Positions 19,014 to 26,798 of a stretch of DNA of 32,000 nucleotides are shown here, piece by piece. Source of the DNA: Aliivibrio fischeri ES114 (GTDB lineage Bacteria > Pseudomonadota > Gammaproteobacteria > Enterobacterales > Vibrionaceae); the NCBI RefSeq assembly GCF_000011805.1, contig NC_006841.2; one strand, given 5' to 3'. Every line of letters starts with the position of its first letter. Within the stretch, counting starts at the first letter, position 1. The position numbers were made by a program, and so were the translations under genes. The notes under the pieces are model-generated. The model saw only the letters and a list, made by a program, of their open reading frames with translations, did not search any database and was not told where the DNA came from.

Positions 19014-19964
19014 TTAATGTTTTTCAGATAAATACGTCACTACAGCACTATGATCAGAACCAGAAAATTGGCTTAACACTTCACGTTTACAAATGAAAAG
19101 TGAAGGTGATTCAGTGTTTCTTATCCAAAGATGGTCTATCGCAATTCGAGAGAAAGAAGGTATTGGGAGGCCTTTTATCTCTCGTGGCCAGCTCTGTAAT
19201 GGGGCGGTGTGGTAATCTTGATAAGCGTCTATAAATCGTCTTGTATTTGCAGATAAATTAAAGTCACCGATGATAAGAGTATCCCCATAAGGTGAATAGT
19301 CAGATAATCGTTCTAAACTTCCTATTAATGCGTTTCTTTCATGCCAAAGTTGTTCTGACCTTGGCGATGGTGGATGAGCTGTATATAAGCTAACAGGACG
19401 ATGTTTACTGCTTTGCCAAACGCCACTTATCATGTAATGCCCCGCTGGTGTGTTTTGTGCTTTCAGATTTAATGGTTGTTTGCTGATGATCATTTGTCCA
19501 CTTGGATAACCTAACCCAGGAGTTCCACCAAATTGATATGGATACTTATCGATTAATTCCATAAATCGATCACCATGCCATGGTGCTGTTTCTTGTAATA
19601 CGACTAAATCGATCTCGTTTTTCTCTAAATAATCCAAAAATGGCGTGAGGTTAGGGTTGGTGTAATACAGGTTATATTGAACAATGGTTAAAGGGTCTAC
19701 ACACTGACCATTGCTGTAGCTTGAGGGAGGACAAAGCATAAACCATATACAAGATAATAAAAGCGCTAATCCTGAAAAAGCATAATAGTGAAGAAAAGCC
19801 AAAACAATGCTGAGCCCAATATAGTAGGTAACTAAAATACTTGGTATGCCTGTTATGTTTTCAAACCACCAGAGGTTGGATAGCTCAAAAGACATGCCCC
19901 AGATAGCAGAGGGTAACAGTAAAATGAATACCAATATAATTAAATTTGATGGACACTTTAGCAT
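19014..19964 (-). CDS. Membrane-anchored endonuclease/exonuclease/phosphatase (EEP) family protein
   Basis: 316 aa with 2-3 N-terminal TM helices followed by EEP motifs (LVVLQET, IIGDFN, GSDHSAV). Confidence 0.8.
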   Translation of the reverse strand: MLKCPSNLIILVFILLLPSAIWGMSFELSNLWWFENITGIPSILVTYYIGLSIVLAFLHYYAFSGLALLLSCIWFMLCPPSSYSNGQCVDPLTIVQYNLYYTNPNLTPFLDYLEKNEIDLVVLQETAPWHGDRFMELIDKYPYQFGGTPGLGYPSGQMIISKQPLNLKAQNTPAGHYMISGVWQSSKHRPVSLYTAHPPSPRSEQLWHERNALIGSLERLSDYSPYGDTLIIGDFNLSANTRRFIDAYQDYHTAPLQSWPREIKGLPIPSFSRIAIDHLWIRNTESPSLFICKREVLSQFSGSDHSAVVTYLSEKH

Positions 19965-20045
19965 TCAACACTCATCCGTAAGTGATTGTCGTTAATACTA
20001 AGTATGGTATATAAACTTGAGTTGTGTTGAATGTAATTAATTTTC

Positions 20046-21212
20046 CTAAAACATAGGGTAATGAATGGGAGAGTAACCTTGCTTCATTGCATCTACCATT
20101 TTGAGCATTGTTGGTAAGGCGTGTTTAAAAAAAAGTTCATAACCTTCACACAGAACATTATGGTTTTCACCATTATTGATTTTATCTACTCTGTTTTTAG
20201 GACATCCACCATTACACAAGGGTTTAAAATCACAACGAAAGCATTTTTGATTCAGTGAATCGTGTTTATTTTGCCCAAATAGCATTTGCTCTGGTGAGTT
20301 AGCCATCTGTGCTAAAGAGGCATTATTATCATTGATATTGCCTATTTTATAGTTGTTATAGGCGTAATGGTCACAACTAAAAACGTCACCGTTAGATTCT
20401 ATCATTAATTGTTGACCGCAAGTTTCTGCATGGTGGCACATTTGGCTTTGATGACCCATTAAGATCATTAAGCAGTTTTCAAAGAATTGAACATAAATCT
20501 TACCAATATCGTTAGCTGCCCATTCATCAAAAACATTGCATAAGAATTCTCCCCATTGTTTACCAGTCAAAGTCCAATCGTAATCAAAGCGACGATCCAT
20601 TTCATGGTCAATACATGGCTGAAATTGCAGATAAGTGCTGCCATTCTCTTTTAAAAATCGATAAATAGCTTTGCCATGCTTATAGCTTTTATTATTGATA
20701 ACCGTGAGTGTATTAAATTCAACGTTCTGTTGTTTTAAGTGCTGTATGCCACGCATGGTTCGTTCAAAAGAGGAGTTACCCGCTTTATCAATTCGAGCAA
20801 TATCATTAATCAGTTGTGGCCCATCGATACTGATCCCTACCATAAAATTATGTTGGGCAAAGAAAGCTGCCCAACGTTCATTAATTAGGGTGCCATTGGT
20901 TTGAATTGTATTTTGGATTGGAGTTGTCGATTGATGTGCTTGTTGAAGTTCTATTGCGGTTTGATAAAAAGCTAACCCTTTCATCATTGGCTCTCCACCA
21001 TGCCAAATAAAATCAATAACAGGTATTTGTGGTGGTTGAGATTGAATATGATTAGAAACCAGTTTATCTAGTGTTTCTGCATCCATTCCTGGTTTGCTTT
21101 TGTCTTCATTTTTCAGGTAATAACAGTAATGACAATCTAGGTTGCATCTCGCACTTTCAGCTTTAATAAATAAACTATATGGTGTTGATGTAGCTGCTAA
21201 CTGTTCTGTCAT
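20046..21212 (-). CDS. Anaerobic sulfatase-maturating enzyme (radical SAM/SPASM, AtsB/AslB-like)
   Basis: CNLDCHYCY radical-SAM cluster motif near the N-terminus and C-terminal SPASM-type Cys clusters (CGQQ...FSCDHY, CFRCDFKPLCNGGCPKNR). The 388-aa length is typical of anSMEs. A Ser-type sulfatase lies 6 kb away. Confidence 0.8.
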   Translation of the reverse strand: MTEQLAATSTPYSLFIKAESARCNLDCHYCYYLKNEDKSKPGMDAETLDKLVSNHIQSQPPQIPVIDFIWHGGEPMMKGLAFYQTAIELQQAHQSTTPIQNTIQTNGTLINERWAAFFAQHNFMVGISIDGPQLINDIARIDKAGNSSFERTMRGIQHLKQQNVEFNTLTVINNKSYKHGKAIYRFLKENGSTYLQFQPCIDHEMDRRFDYDWTLTGKQWGEFLCNVFDEWAANDIGKIYVQFFENCLMILMGHQSQMCHHAETCGQQLMIESNGDVFSCDHYAYNNYKIGNINDNNASLAQMANSPEQMLFGQNKHDSLNQKCFRCDFKPLCNGGCPKNRVDKINNGENHNVLCEGYELFFKHALPTMLKMVDAMKQGYSPIHYPMF

Positions 21213-21373
21213 TATTGTTCCTCATTAAATGATCATTGCTGACACTTATTAATTTAATGAATTCCTCTTATATAGTCGAATTGCATTTTTTAATAGAGGA
21301 TATTCATTCTTTCAATTGTTCTTCTTTATTGTGAGTCGATAGTCTAAAAGTGTATTTCTTAATAGAGGTTTGA

Positions 21374-22774
21374 ATGATGCAAAAAGCATTGATGACTACG
21401 CTTATTGCGAGCAGTATTTTAAGTAGCACTTGCGTGTTCGCAGCTCAATTAACACCGGTGAATCCCCAAGAAGAGTTAGCTTATAATTTAGGACTTCAAG
21501 CCTTTATTTATGGAGCGGGGCCTTTAACTGTTGCTCAGGTAAGGACCGCTTCAACCAATGTTGATGCCCCTATGGATAATGGAGCAGCACCATTAAATAT
21601 GATGGGGAAAACACTTAAGTTAGCTGGACCAGAAGATAGAGTTGTTCCAACGGTTAATAACGACACTTTATATTCCCAATCTCATATTAACTTAAATGAT
21701 ACTGGCCCATTAGTTATTGAAATTCCGCCAACAAATAATCGTTATTTTATTGTGCAATTGCTTGATGATTATTCAGAGGCTGTTGGTAATTTAATTGAAG
21801 ATAATGTTGGTCAAGATGGTGGCAAATACTTATTAGTTAATAAAGGCTGGAAAGGCGTAGAAGGGGGTATTCCTGACGGTATTGATGGCGTTATTGAATC
21901 GAGAACACCACTAGTTTGGTATATTCAACGTACTGGTGTTTCGGGAGATAAAGATCTAGCGGCAGCATTAAAAATACATGATGGTTTTATTAATTACCCG
22001 TTATCAGAACTTGGTAAAAGTCATAAACCAGTACAATTAACTCATGCCAAAACAGGTATTTCTCCAGTTCCTCAACCAAAAGGTTTAGGGTGGTTTAGTT
22101 TGATTGATAAAGAGCTGCGCAATAATCCAATCGCATCAGATGCGTCAGTTGTCGATCAATTTAAATATATTGGTATTGGAGGGGATGAACCGTTTAATCC
22201 TGATAACTTAACAGAAGATCAGAAAAAAGGATTGATGCGAGCACTTAATGCTGCCCCACAAATTATTCAATATGCCAGTCGTGATTTAGGAACGAAAAAT
22301 AACGGCTGGGCAATGATGTACGAGGGAGGACGTTACGGTAATGACTTCTTGAGCCGTGCTAGCATAAATTTTCGAGCTGCAGGTTTAAATACAAAAGAAC
22401 GAGCTTTATATCCAAATCGCTATACGGATTCGGATGATCAGCAGTTATCGGGTAAAAATAAATACCGCATGACCATGCCTGCAGATGCTCCAGCTAAGGC
22501 TTTTTGGTCTTTAACTATGTATGATGCGAAAAATCTGTTTATGGTCCCAAACAGTATTGACCGTTATTCAATATCAACAAATCGAGAAGATGAGCTTATT
22601 TATAATAAAGATGGTTCATTAACGGTATGTATTCAGAATACTAAACCTACAGATACCAACTGCAATTGGCTTCCTGCACCAAAGGATGATTTTTATTTAC
22701 ATATGCGCTTGTACGAGCCAACTCAAGCTGTGTTAGATAATACTTACAATCTTCCGCAGGTGAATAAGCAATAA
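21374..22774 (+). CDS. Secreted DUF1254/DUF1214-like two-domain protein
   Basis: 466 aa with a signal peptide (…CVFAAQ). The N-terminus has the DUF1254-like pattern (AYNLGLQAFIYGAGPL...NNDTLYS). The C-terminus has a DUF1214-like pattern (FWSLTMYD...YLHMRLYEP). Recognised from memory of these families. Confidence 0.7.
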   Translation: MMQKALMTTLIASSILSSTCVFAAQLTPVNPQEELAYNLGLQAFIYGAGPLTVAQVRTASTNVDAPMDNGAAPLNMMGKTLKLAGPEDRVVPTVNNDTLYSQSHINLNDTGPLVIEIPPTNNRYFIVQLLDDYSEAVGNLIEDNVGQDGGKYLLVNKGWKGVEGGIPDGIDGVIESRTPLVWYIQRTGVSGDKDLAAALKIHDGFINYPLSELGKSHKPVQLTHAKTGISPVPQPKGLGWFSLIDKELRNNPIASDASVVDQFKYIGIGGDEPFNPDNLTEDQKKGLMRALNAAPQIIQYASRDLGTKNNGWAMMYEGGRYGNDFLSRASINFRAAGLNTKERALYPNRYTDSDDQQLSGKNKYRMTMPADAPAKAFWSLTMYDAKNLFMVPNSIDRYSISTNREDELIYNKDGSLTVCIQNTKPTDTNCNWLPAPKDDFYLHMRLYEPTQAVLDNTYNLPQVNKQ

Positions 22775-22832
22775 CATAAGGTGAGTTTGTTAAATAAAAC
22801 GTATTAACTAAATTAATAAAAAAACAGTAAAC

Positions 22833-22860
22833 CATAAGTTTATCTTCAGCGAATCTTAAG
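22833..22860 (+). promoter_or_regulatory. Three direct hexamer repeats at 11-bp spacing, candidate OmpR/PmrA-type response-regulator site upstream of eptA
   Basis: CATAAG (22833-22838), N5, CTTCAG (22844-22849), N5, CTTAAG (22855-22860). This resembles the PmrA/BasR box YTTAAK-N5-YTTAAK. It lies 43-70 bp upstream of the eptA ATG. Confidence 0.45.
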
Positions 22861-22902
22861 TTTGATATGTGACACTTGTCTCATTGTTAAGGTGCTGAAG
22901 GT

Positions 22903-24531
22903 ATGCTTGTTTTGTCTACTCTGATTTCAAAAATTAAAAACCATAAAATATCGATGAATATGGTGTCACTTATCACGATAGTTTCACTTTATTTTGCTGT
23001 TGCTTTTAACTATCCAATCAATGAAAAAATTTATCAACTCTCACAAGGACAAGAGATTTTTCTCTTTTTAACGCCAGCACTGCTTACATGTGCTTTTATT
23101 ATTATCTTCTCCTTTATTGCTTTTCCTTATGTGTTTAAAGGTATTGTCGTTGTATTGACCATAACGTCTGCTATGGCTTTTTATGCGGCTCTTCAATATA
23201 ACACCATGTTTGATTACGCAATGATAGAAAACATTTTTGAAACTAATGTAGATGAAGCTTCGTCGTATTTGAGCTCGGCATCCATTGGTTACTTAATTGT
23301 GTTTGGACTTATTCCATCGATTTTATTATTGAAAGTGAATATTGTGCGTCATGCCTCTTGGTTAAAAGAGCTTTTTCATCGTGCGATACTAATGAGTGTC
23401 GCGATTGTTGGTTTACTTTTAATCTCAGTTTTTTATTTTAAAGATTACGCATCGATTGGTCGTAATAATTCCTATTTAAATAAAATGATTAACCCTGCTG
23501 ATGCATTTAATACTGTTAAATACATTAAAAATGAATATCTGACTGCACCTTTAGAGTACATCACGATTGGAGAAGATGCCGTTGTTACTCCTGCTAAAAA
23601 TGGCAAACCAACGTTAATGGTTATTTTAGTTGGTGAAACGGCTCGTGCACAGAACAGTGCTTATAATGGTTATGAAAGAGAAACAAACCCATATACAAAA
23701 GATCTTGGGTTAATTACTTTTCAGAATGTGACTTCTTGTGGAACCGCAACGGCACACTCTTTACCTTGTATGTTCTCTAATATGACACGAACTAGTTACA
23801 ATAAAGATCGTGCTAATAATCAAGATAATGCATTAGATGTATTAACCCATGCTGGTGTGAAAGCGGTATGGATTGATAACGATGGTGGCGATAAGGCAGT
23901 AGCAAAAAATATCGAGAAAGAGATGATTACGGATCATTCAGAATCTAACTTATGTAATGGTTCGAGCTGCTATGATGAAATTTTATTAAAAGGGTTGGAT
24001 AAACGAATTGCGGAGACACAAGGTAACCAAGTGTATGCTCTGCATATGATCGGAAGTCATGGTCCTACCTATTGGAAGCGTTATCCAAAAGAGATGGCGG
24101 TGTTTGGTCCTGCATGTAACCGCAGCGATATTGAGAATTGCAGTGATGCGGAAATAACGAATGTATATGATAATACTTTGGTTTATACCGATTATGTTAT
24201 TGCTCAAACGGTTAAAAAATTACAAAGCTATTCAGATAAATACAATGTAGTTATGCTTTATATTTCTGACCATGGTGAGTCATTAGGAGAGAATGGACTT
24301 TACCTTCATGGCGCACCTTATATGATGGCACCTAAAGAGCAAACTCATGTGCCATGGTATATCTGGATGAGTGATGATTATGCAAATCAAAAAGGCATTG
24401 ATAAAGCAGCGGTAATCGATAATTCTGCAACGGGTGATTATTCACACGATAATTTATTCCATACTATTTTGGGCTTATATGGCGTAACAACAAAAGCCAA
24501 AGATAATGCGTTAGATATTATGGCGAATTAA
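22903..24531 (+). CDS. eptA: Phosphoethanolamine--lipid A transferase (EptA/PmrC/MCR family)
   Basis: 542 aa with 5 N-terminal TM helices and a periplasmic sulfatase-fold domain. Family-diagnostic blocks are present: TSCGTATAHSLPCMFS (catalytic Thr region), HMIGSHGPTYWKRYP, SDHGESLGENGLYLHG. Confidence 0.92.
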   Translation: MLVLSTLISKIKNHKISMNMVSLITIVSLYFAVAFNYPINEKIYQLSQGQEIFLFLTPALLTCAFIIIFSFIAFPYVFKGIVVVLTITSAMAFYAALQYNTMFDYAMIENIFETNVDEASSYLSSASIGYLIVFGLIPSILLLKVNIVRHASWLKELFHRAILMSVAIVGLLLISVFYFKDYASIGRNNSYLNKMINPADAFNTVKYIKNEYLTAPLEYITIGEDAVVTPAKNGKPTLMVILVGETARAQNSAYNGYERETNPYTKDLGLITFQNVTSCGTATAHSLPCMFSNMTRTSYNKDRANNQDNALDVLTHAGVKAVWIDNDGGDKAVAKNIEKEMITDHSESNLCNGSSCYDEILLKGLDKRIAETQGNQVYALHMIGSHGPTYWKRYPKEMAVFGPACNRSDIENCSDAEITNVYDNTLVYTDYVIAQTVKKLQSYSDKYNVVMLYISDHGESLGENGLYLHGAPYMMAPKEQTHVPWYIWMSDDYANQKGIDKAAVIDNSATGDYSHDNLFHTILGLYGVTTKAKDNALDIMAN

Positions 24532-24556
24532 TTAAAACCGGCTTACATAGAAGAGA

Positions 24557-24591
24557 AATAGGCTAATCATGAGAATGGTTAGCCTATTTTT
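24557..24591 (+). terminator. Rho-independent terminator between eptA and the response-regulator gene
   Basis: AATAGGCTAA (24557-24566) pairs with TTAGCCTATT (24579-24588) around a 12-nt loop, followed by a T-run to 24591. Confidence 0.7.
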
Positions 24592-24630
24592 GTTATTATC
24601 TGATTATAAAAATATAAGGTGATAAGAACG

Positions 24631-25317
24631 ATGAAGATATTGTTGATTGAAGACTCAGAACATTTACGCCGAAGTCTGATCGTCGGATTAAGTAATTTAG
24701 GTTTTACTGTTGATGAAACGGGCGATGGATCTAAAGGATTATCAATGGCGATCACTAACGATTATGACTTTATTATCTTAGATCTTATGTTACCCAATGT
24801 GGATGGTATTACGCTTTTAAAAAGCATTCGTAAAATGGGTAATGATGTCAAAGTGATCATCTTATCTGCAAAGTCACAGCCAGAAGACCGTGTTGAAGGC
24901 TTGATGTCTGGGGCGGACGATTATCTTGTAAAACCTTTCTCTTTTGATGAACTTCATGCTCGAATACTAACGGTAGGAAGAAGAGGGCAGGTGAAAAATA
25001 ACGATGATGATATAAATATTGGTTTATTTAAGCTTGATCTTGCAAAGAAAACCTTGGAATTTGATACTAAGTTCATTGATTTAACGAAAAACGAATACAA
25101 AATTATTGAATGTCTGTTCTTATCAAAAAATCAGGTAATGACCACTGAAAACATCAGTGATTACGTCGTCGGTTCGTTTGATTCTTTATCAAAAAATACC
25201 ATTGAATCGCATTTGTCTTCTGTTCGTAAAAAAGTAAAAGCCCTAGGTGGAGAGCTACCAGTTAAGAATAAAAGAGGATTTGGTTATTACGTGGAAAAAG
25301 ACGCATGTACTCAATAA
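24631..25317 (+). CDS. OmpR/PhoB-family response regulator (PmrA/BasR-like by context)
   Basis: REC domain (MKILLIEDSE..., ILDLMLPNVDG, DDYLVKPF) plus a winged-helix C-terminus. I prefer the ATG at 24631 over the GTG at 24619. Confidence 0.9.
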   Translation: MKILLIEDSEHLRRSLIVGLSNLGFTVDETGDGSKGLSMAITNDYDFIILDLMLPNVDGITLLKSIRKMGNDVKVIILSAKSQPEDRVEGLMSGADDYLVKPFSFDELHARILTVGRRGQVKNNDDDINIGLFKLDLAKKTLEFDTKFIDLTKNEYKIIECLFLSKNQVMTTENISDYVVGSFDSLSKNTIESHLSSVRKKVKALGGELPVKNKRGFGYYVEKDACTQ

Positions 25318-26729
25318 AGGATCGATTAGTTAACGCCTTAACCGTGATCATTGGCATTATTTTGCTAGTGGTGTTTTTGTCATTAGATTTTATTTTGGAT
25401 GCATGGGTTGATCAGCAATTTGATGATGCTTTAGTTGAGAAATCAAATTATTTTAAATCCTTAGTGGAAGTCGAAAGTGATGGTATTGAGTTTGAATATC
25501 ATAACGGGTTTATGCCTCAATTTGAGCGTAAAGAAAATGCACAATACTTTCAGATTTGGCTAGATGAACAAACTTTTGCGAAATCTCAGTCTCTGTCTTA
25601 TTACGAAAATATTGACCTTGATTATCGTGATGTAGCGACACATGACAGTCGTATCTTTACGATAAAATTACCTGATGGCAGTATGGGAAAGGCCATCTCT
25701 TCACGCTTTCAGCCTCAATTATCACATGATGTGAAACCTGAAGATGTAACCTATATTGGTTCAATGTATTTAACACTTGCGATTTCAAATCAGCGTGTAT
25801 CAAATATATTATTATTTGCTGATTTGGGACTTTTGTTTGTATTTATTACAGCTATTTTTGGTGTCAGAACCGTGGTAACAAAAGTGGTGGATAGAGAATT
25901 AGACTCGCTTTATATACTCAATAAAGAGATATCAGAGTTGGATGTGAATGCTGAGCAGATAAAAGAAAACCCAAAAGAGAGTAAAGAAATCGCACCTATT
26001 CGCAAAGAGTTAAATAGGTATATTGAATTAAACATTCAAAACGTAGCTAATGAAAAACGTCTTTCGTCTGATATCGCTCACGAACTTAAAACACCGATTG
26101 CAGAGATAATTAGTCTTAGTGAAATGAATATTCGCTTTCCTGATGACGTAAGAATTTCAGCAACTTATAAAGAAGATGTGTTATCTATTGCAAATAATAT
26201 GAAGAACATCGTGAATCAGTTGATGGCGTTAAATCAAAGTTCTTCTAGTCATTATCATATTGAAAAAAGTGACGTTGATATACGAGATCTTGCTAAAGAA
26301 ATAAGTATCGATTTGGAATTTAAATACCCAGATGCAGAAAAGCGTTTAACGTTTATTTCGACATTGTCTTCACCTGTCATTTATGTTGATCGTTTTAGCC
26401 TAGAAACTGTCGTTAAAAACTTATTAGATAATGCCTTATTTTATAGTAAAGAAGGTTCTGAAATTGTGGCTTCAATTGATAATTACGATGTAGCTCATTT
26501 TGTACTAAAAGTGCAAAATAGAACGTTAACAAAACTAACTACAGAGCATCTTGAAAACCTGTTTAAGCCTCTTTACCAAGTAGATAAATCAAGAACGCAT
26601 ACAGGGAGACATGGGTTAGGATTGTCGATAGTGAAGAATATTGCTCATGTAAATAATTATGAATTATCTGTTGATTATACAGATGAGCAAATGATTACAT
26701 TTAATGTCATCATCCCAAAAGAGCAATAA
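25305..26729 (+). CDS. Sensor histidine kinase (PmrB/BasS-like by context)
   Basis: Two TM segments flank a periplasmic domain of about 140 aa. H-box SSDIAHELKTPIAEI, N-box LLDNALFYS, G-box GLGLSIVKNIA. It overlaps the regulator gene by 13 nt. Confidence 0.9.
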   Translation: MYSIKDRLVNALTVIIGIILLVVFLSLDFILDAWVDQQFDDALVEKSNYFKSLVEVESDGIEFEYHNGFMPQFERKENAQYFQIWLDEQTFAKSQSLSYYENIDLDYRDVATHDSRIFTIKLPDGSMGKAISSRFQPQLSHDVKPEDVTYIGSMYLTLAISNQRVSNILLFADLGLLFVFITAIFGVRTVVTKVVDRELDSLYILNKEISELDVNAEQIKENPKESKEIAPIRKELNRYIELNIQNVANEKRLSSDIAHELKTPIAEIISLSEMNIRFPDDVRISATYKEDVLSIANNMKNIVNQLMALNQSSSSHYHIEKSDVDIRDLAKEISIDLEFKYPDAEKRLTFISTLSSPVIYVDRFSLETVVKNLLDNALFYSKEGSEIVASIDNYDVAHFVLKVQNRTLTKLTTEHLENLFKPLYQVDKSRTHTGRHGLGLSIVKNIAHVNNYELSVDYTDEQMITFNVIIPKEQ

Positions 26730-26743
26730 GTTAAAATGAAATA

Positions 26744-26772
26744 TAAAAGAGGAGCGATGAACGCTCCTCTTT
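26744..26772. terminator. Bidirectional Rho-independent terminator between the kinase and sulfatase genes
   Basis: AAAAGAGGAGCG (26744-26755) pairs with CGCTCCTCTTTT (26761-26772) around a 5-nt loop. The A/T runs are built into both arms. Confidence 0.8.
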
Positions 26773-26798
26773 TATATTGATTGGCTAGAGTATCAAAT

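Noticed and set aside
19959-20032. 10-bp inverted repeat CATTCAACAC ... GTGTTGAATG separated by about 50 nt, between the EEP and anSME genes
   Set aside because: The loop is long and the match is a single short one. It could be chance in a short intergenic region, and there is no supporting T-run or second copy.
20046-21212. The radical SAM/SPASM gene as a RiPP (peptide-modifying) maturase
   Set aside because: No small precursor-peptide ORF, transporter or protease is adjacent. The size and cysteine pattern fit anaerobic sulfatase maturases, and a Ser-type sulfatase that requires such an enzyme is in the same neighbourhood.
22775-26798. The eptA-regulator-kinase block as a mobile mcr-type cassette
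   Set aside because: I could find no transposase, integrase, inverted-repeat boundaries or direct-repeat target duplications flanking it. Its composition looks like that of the surrounding genes.
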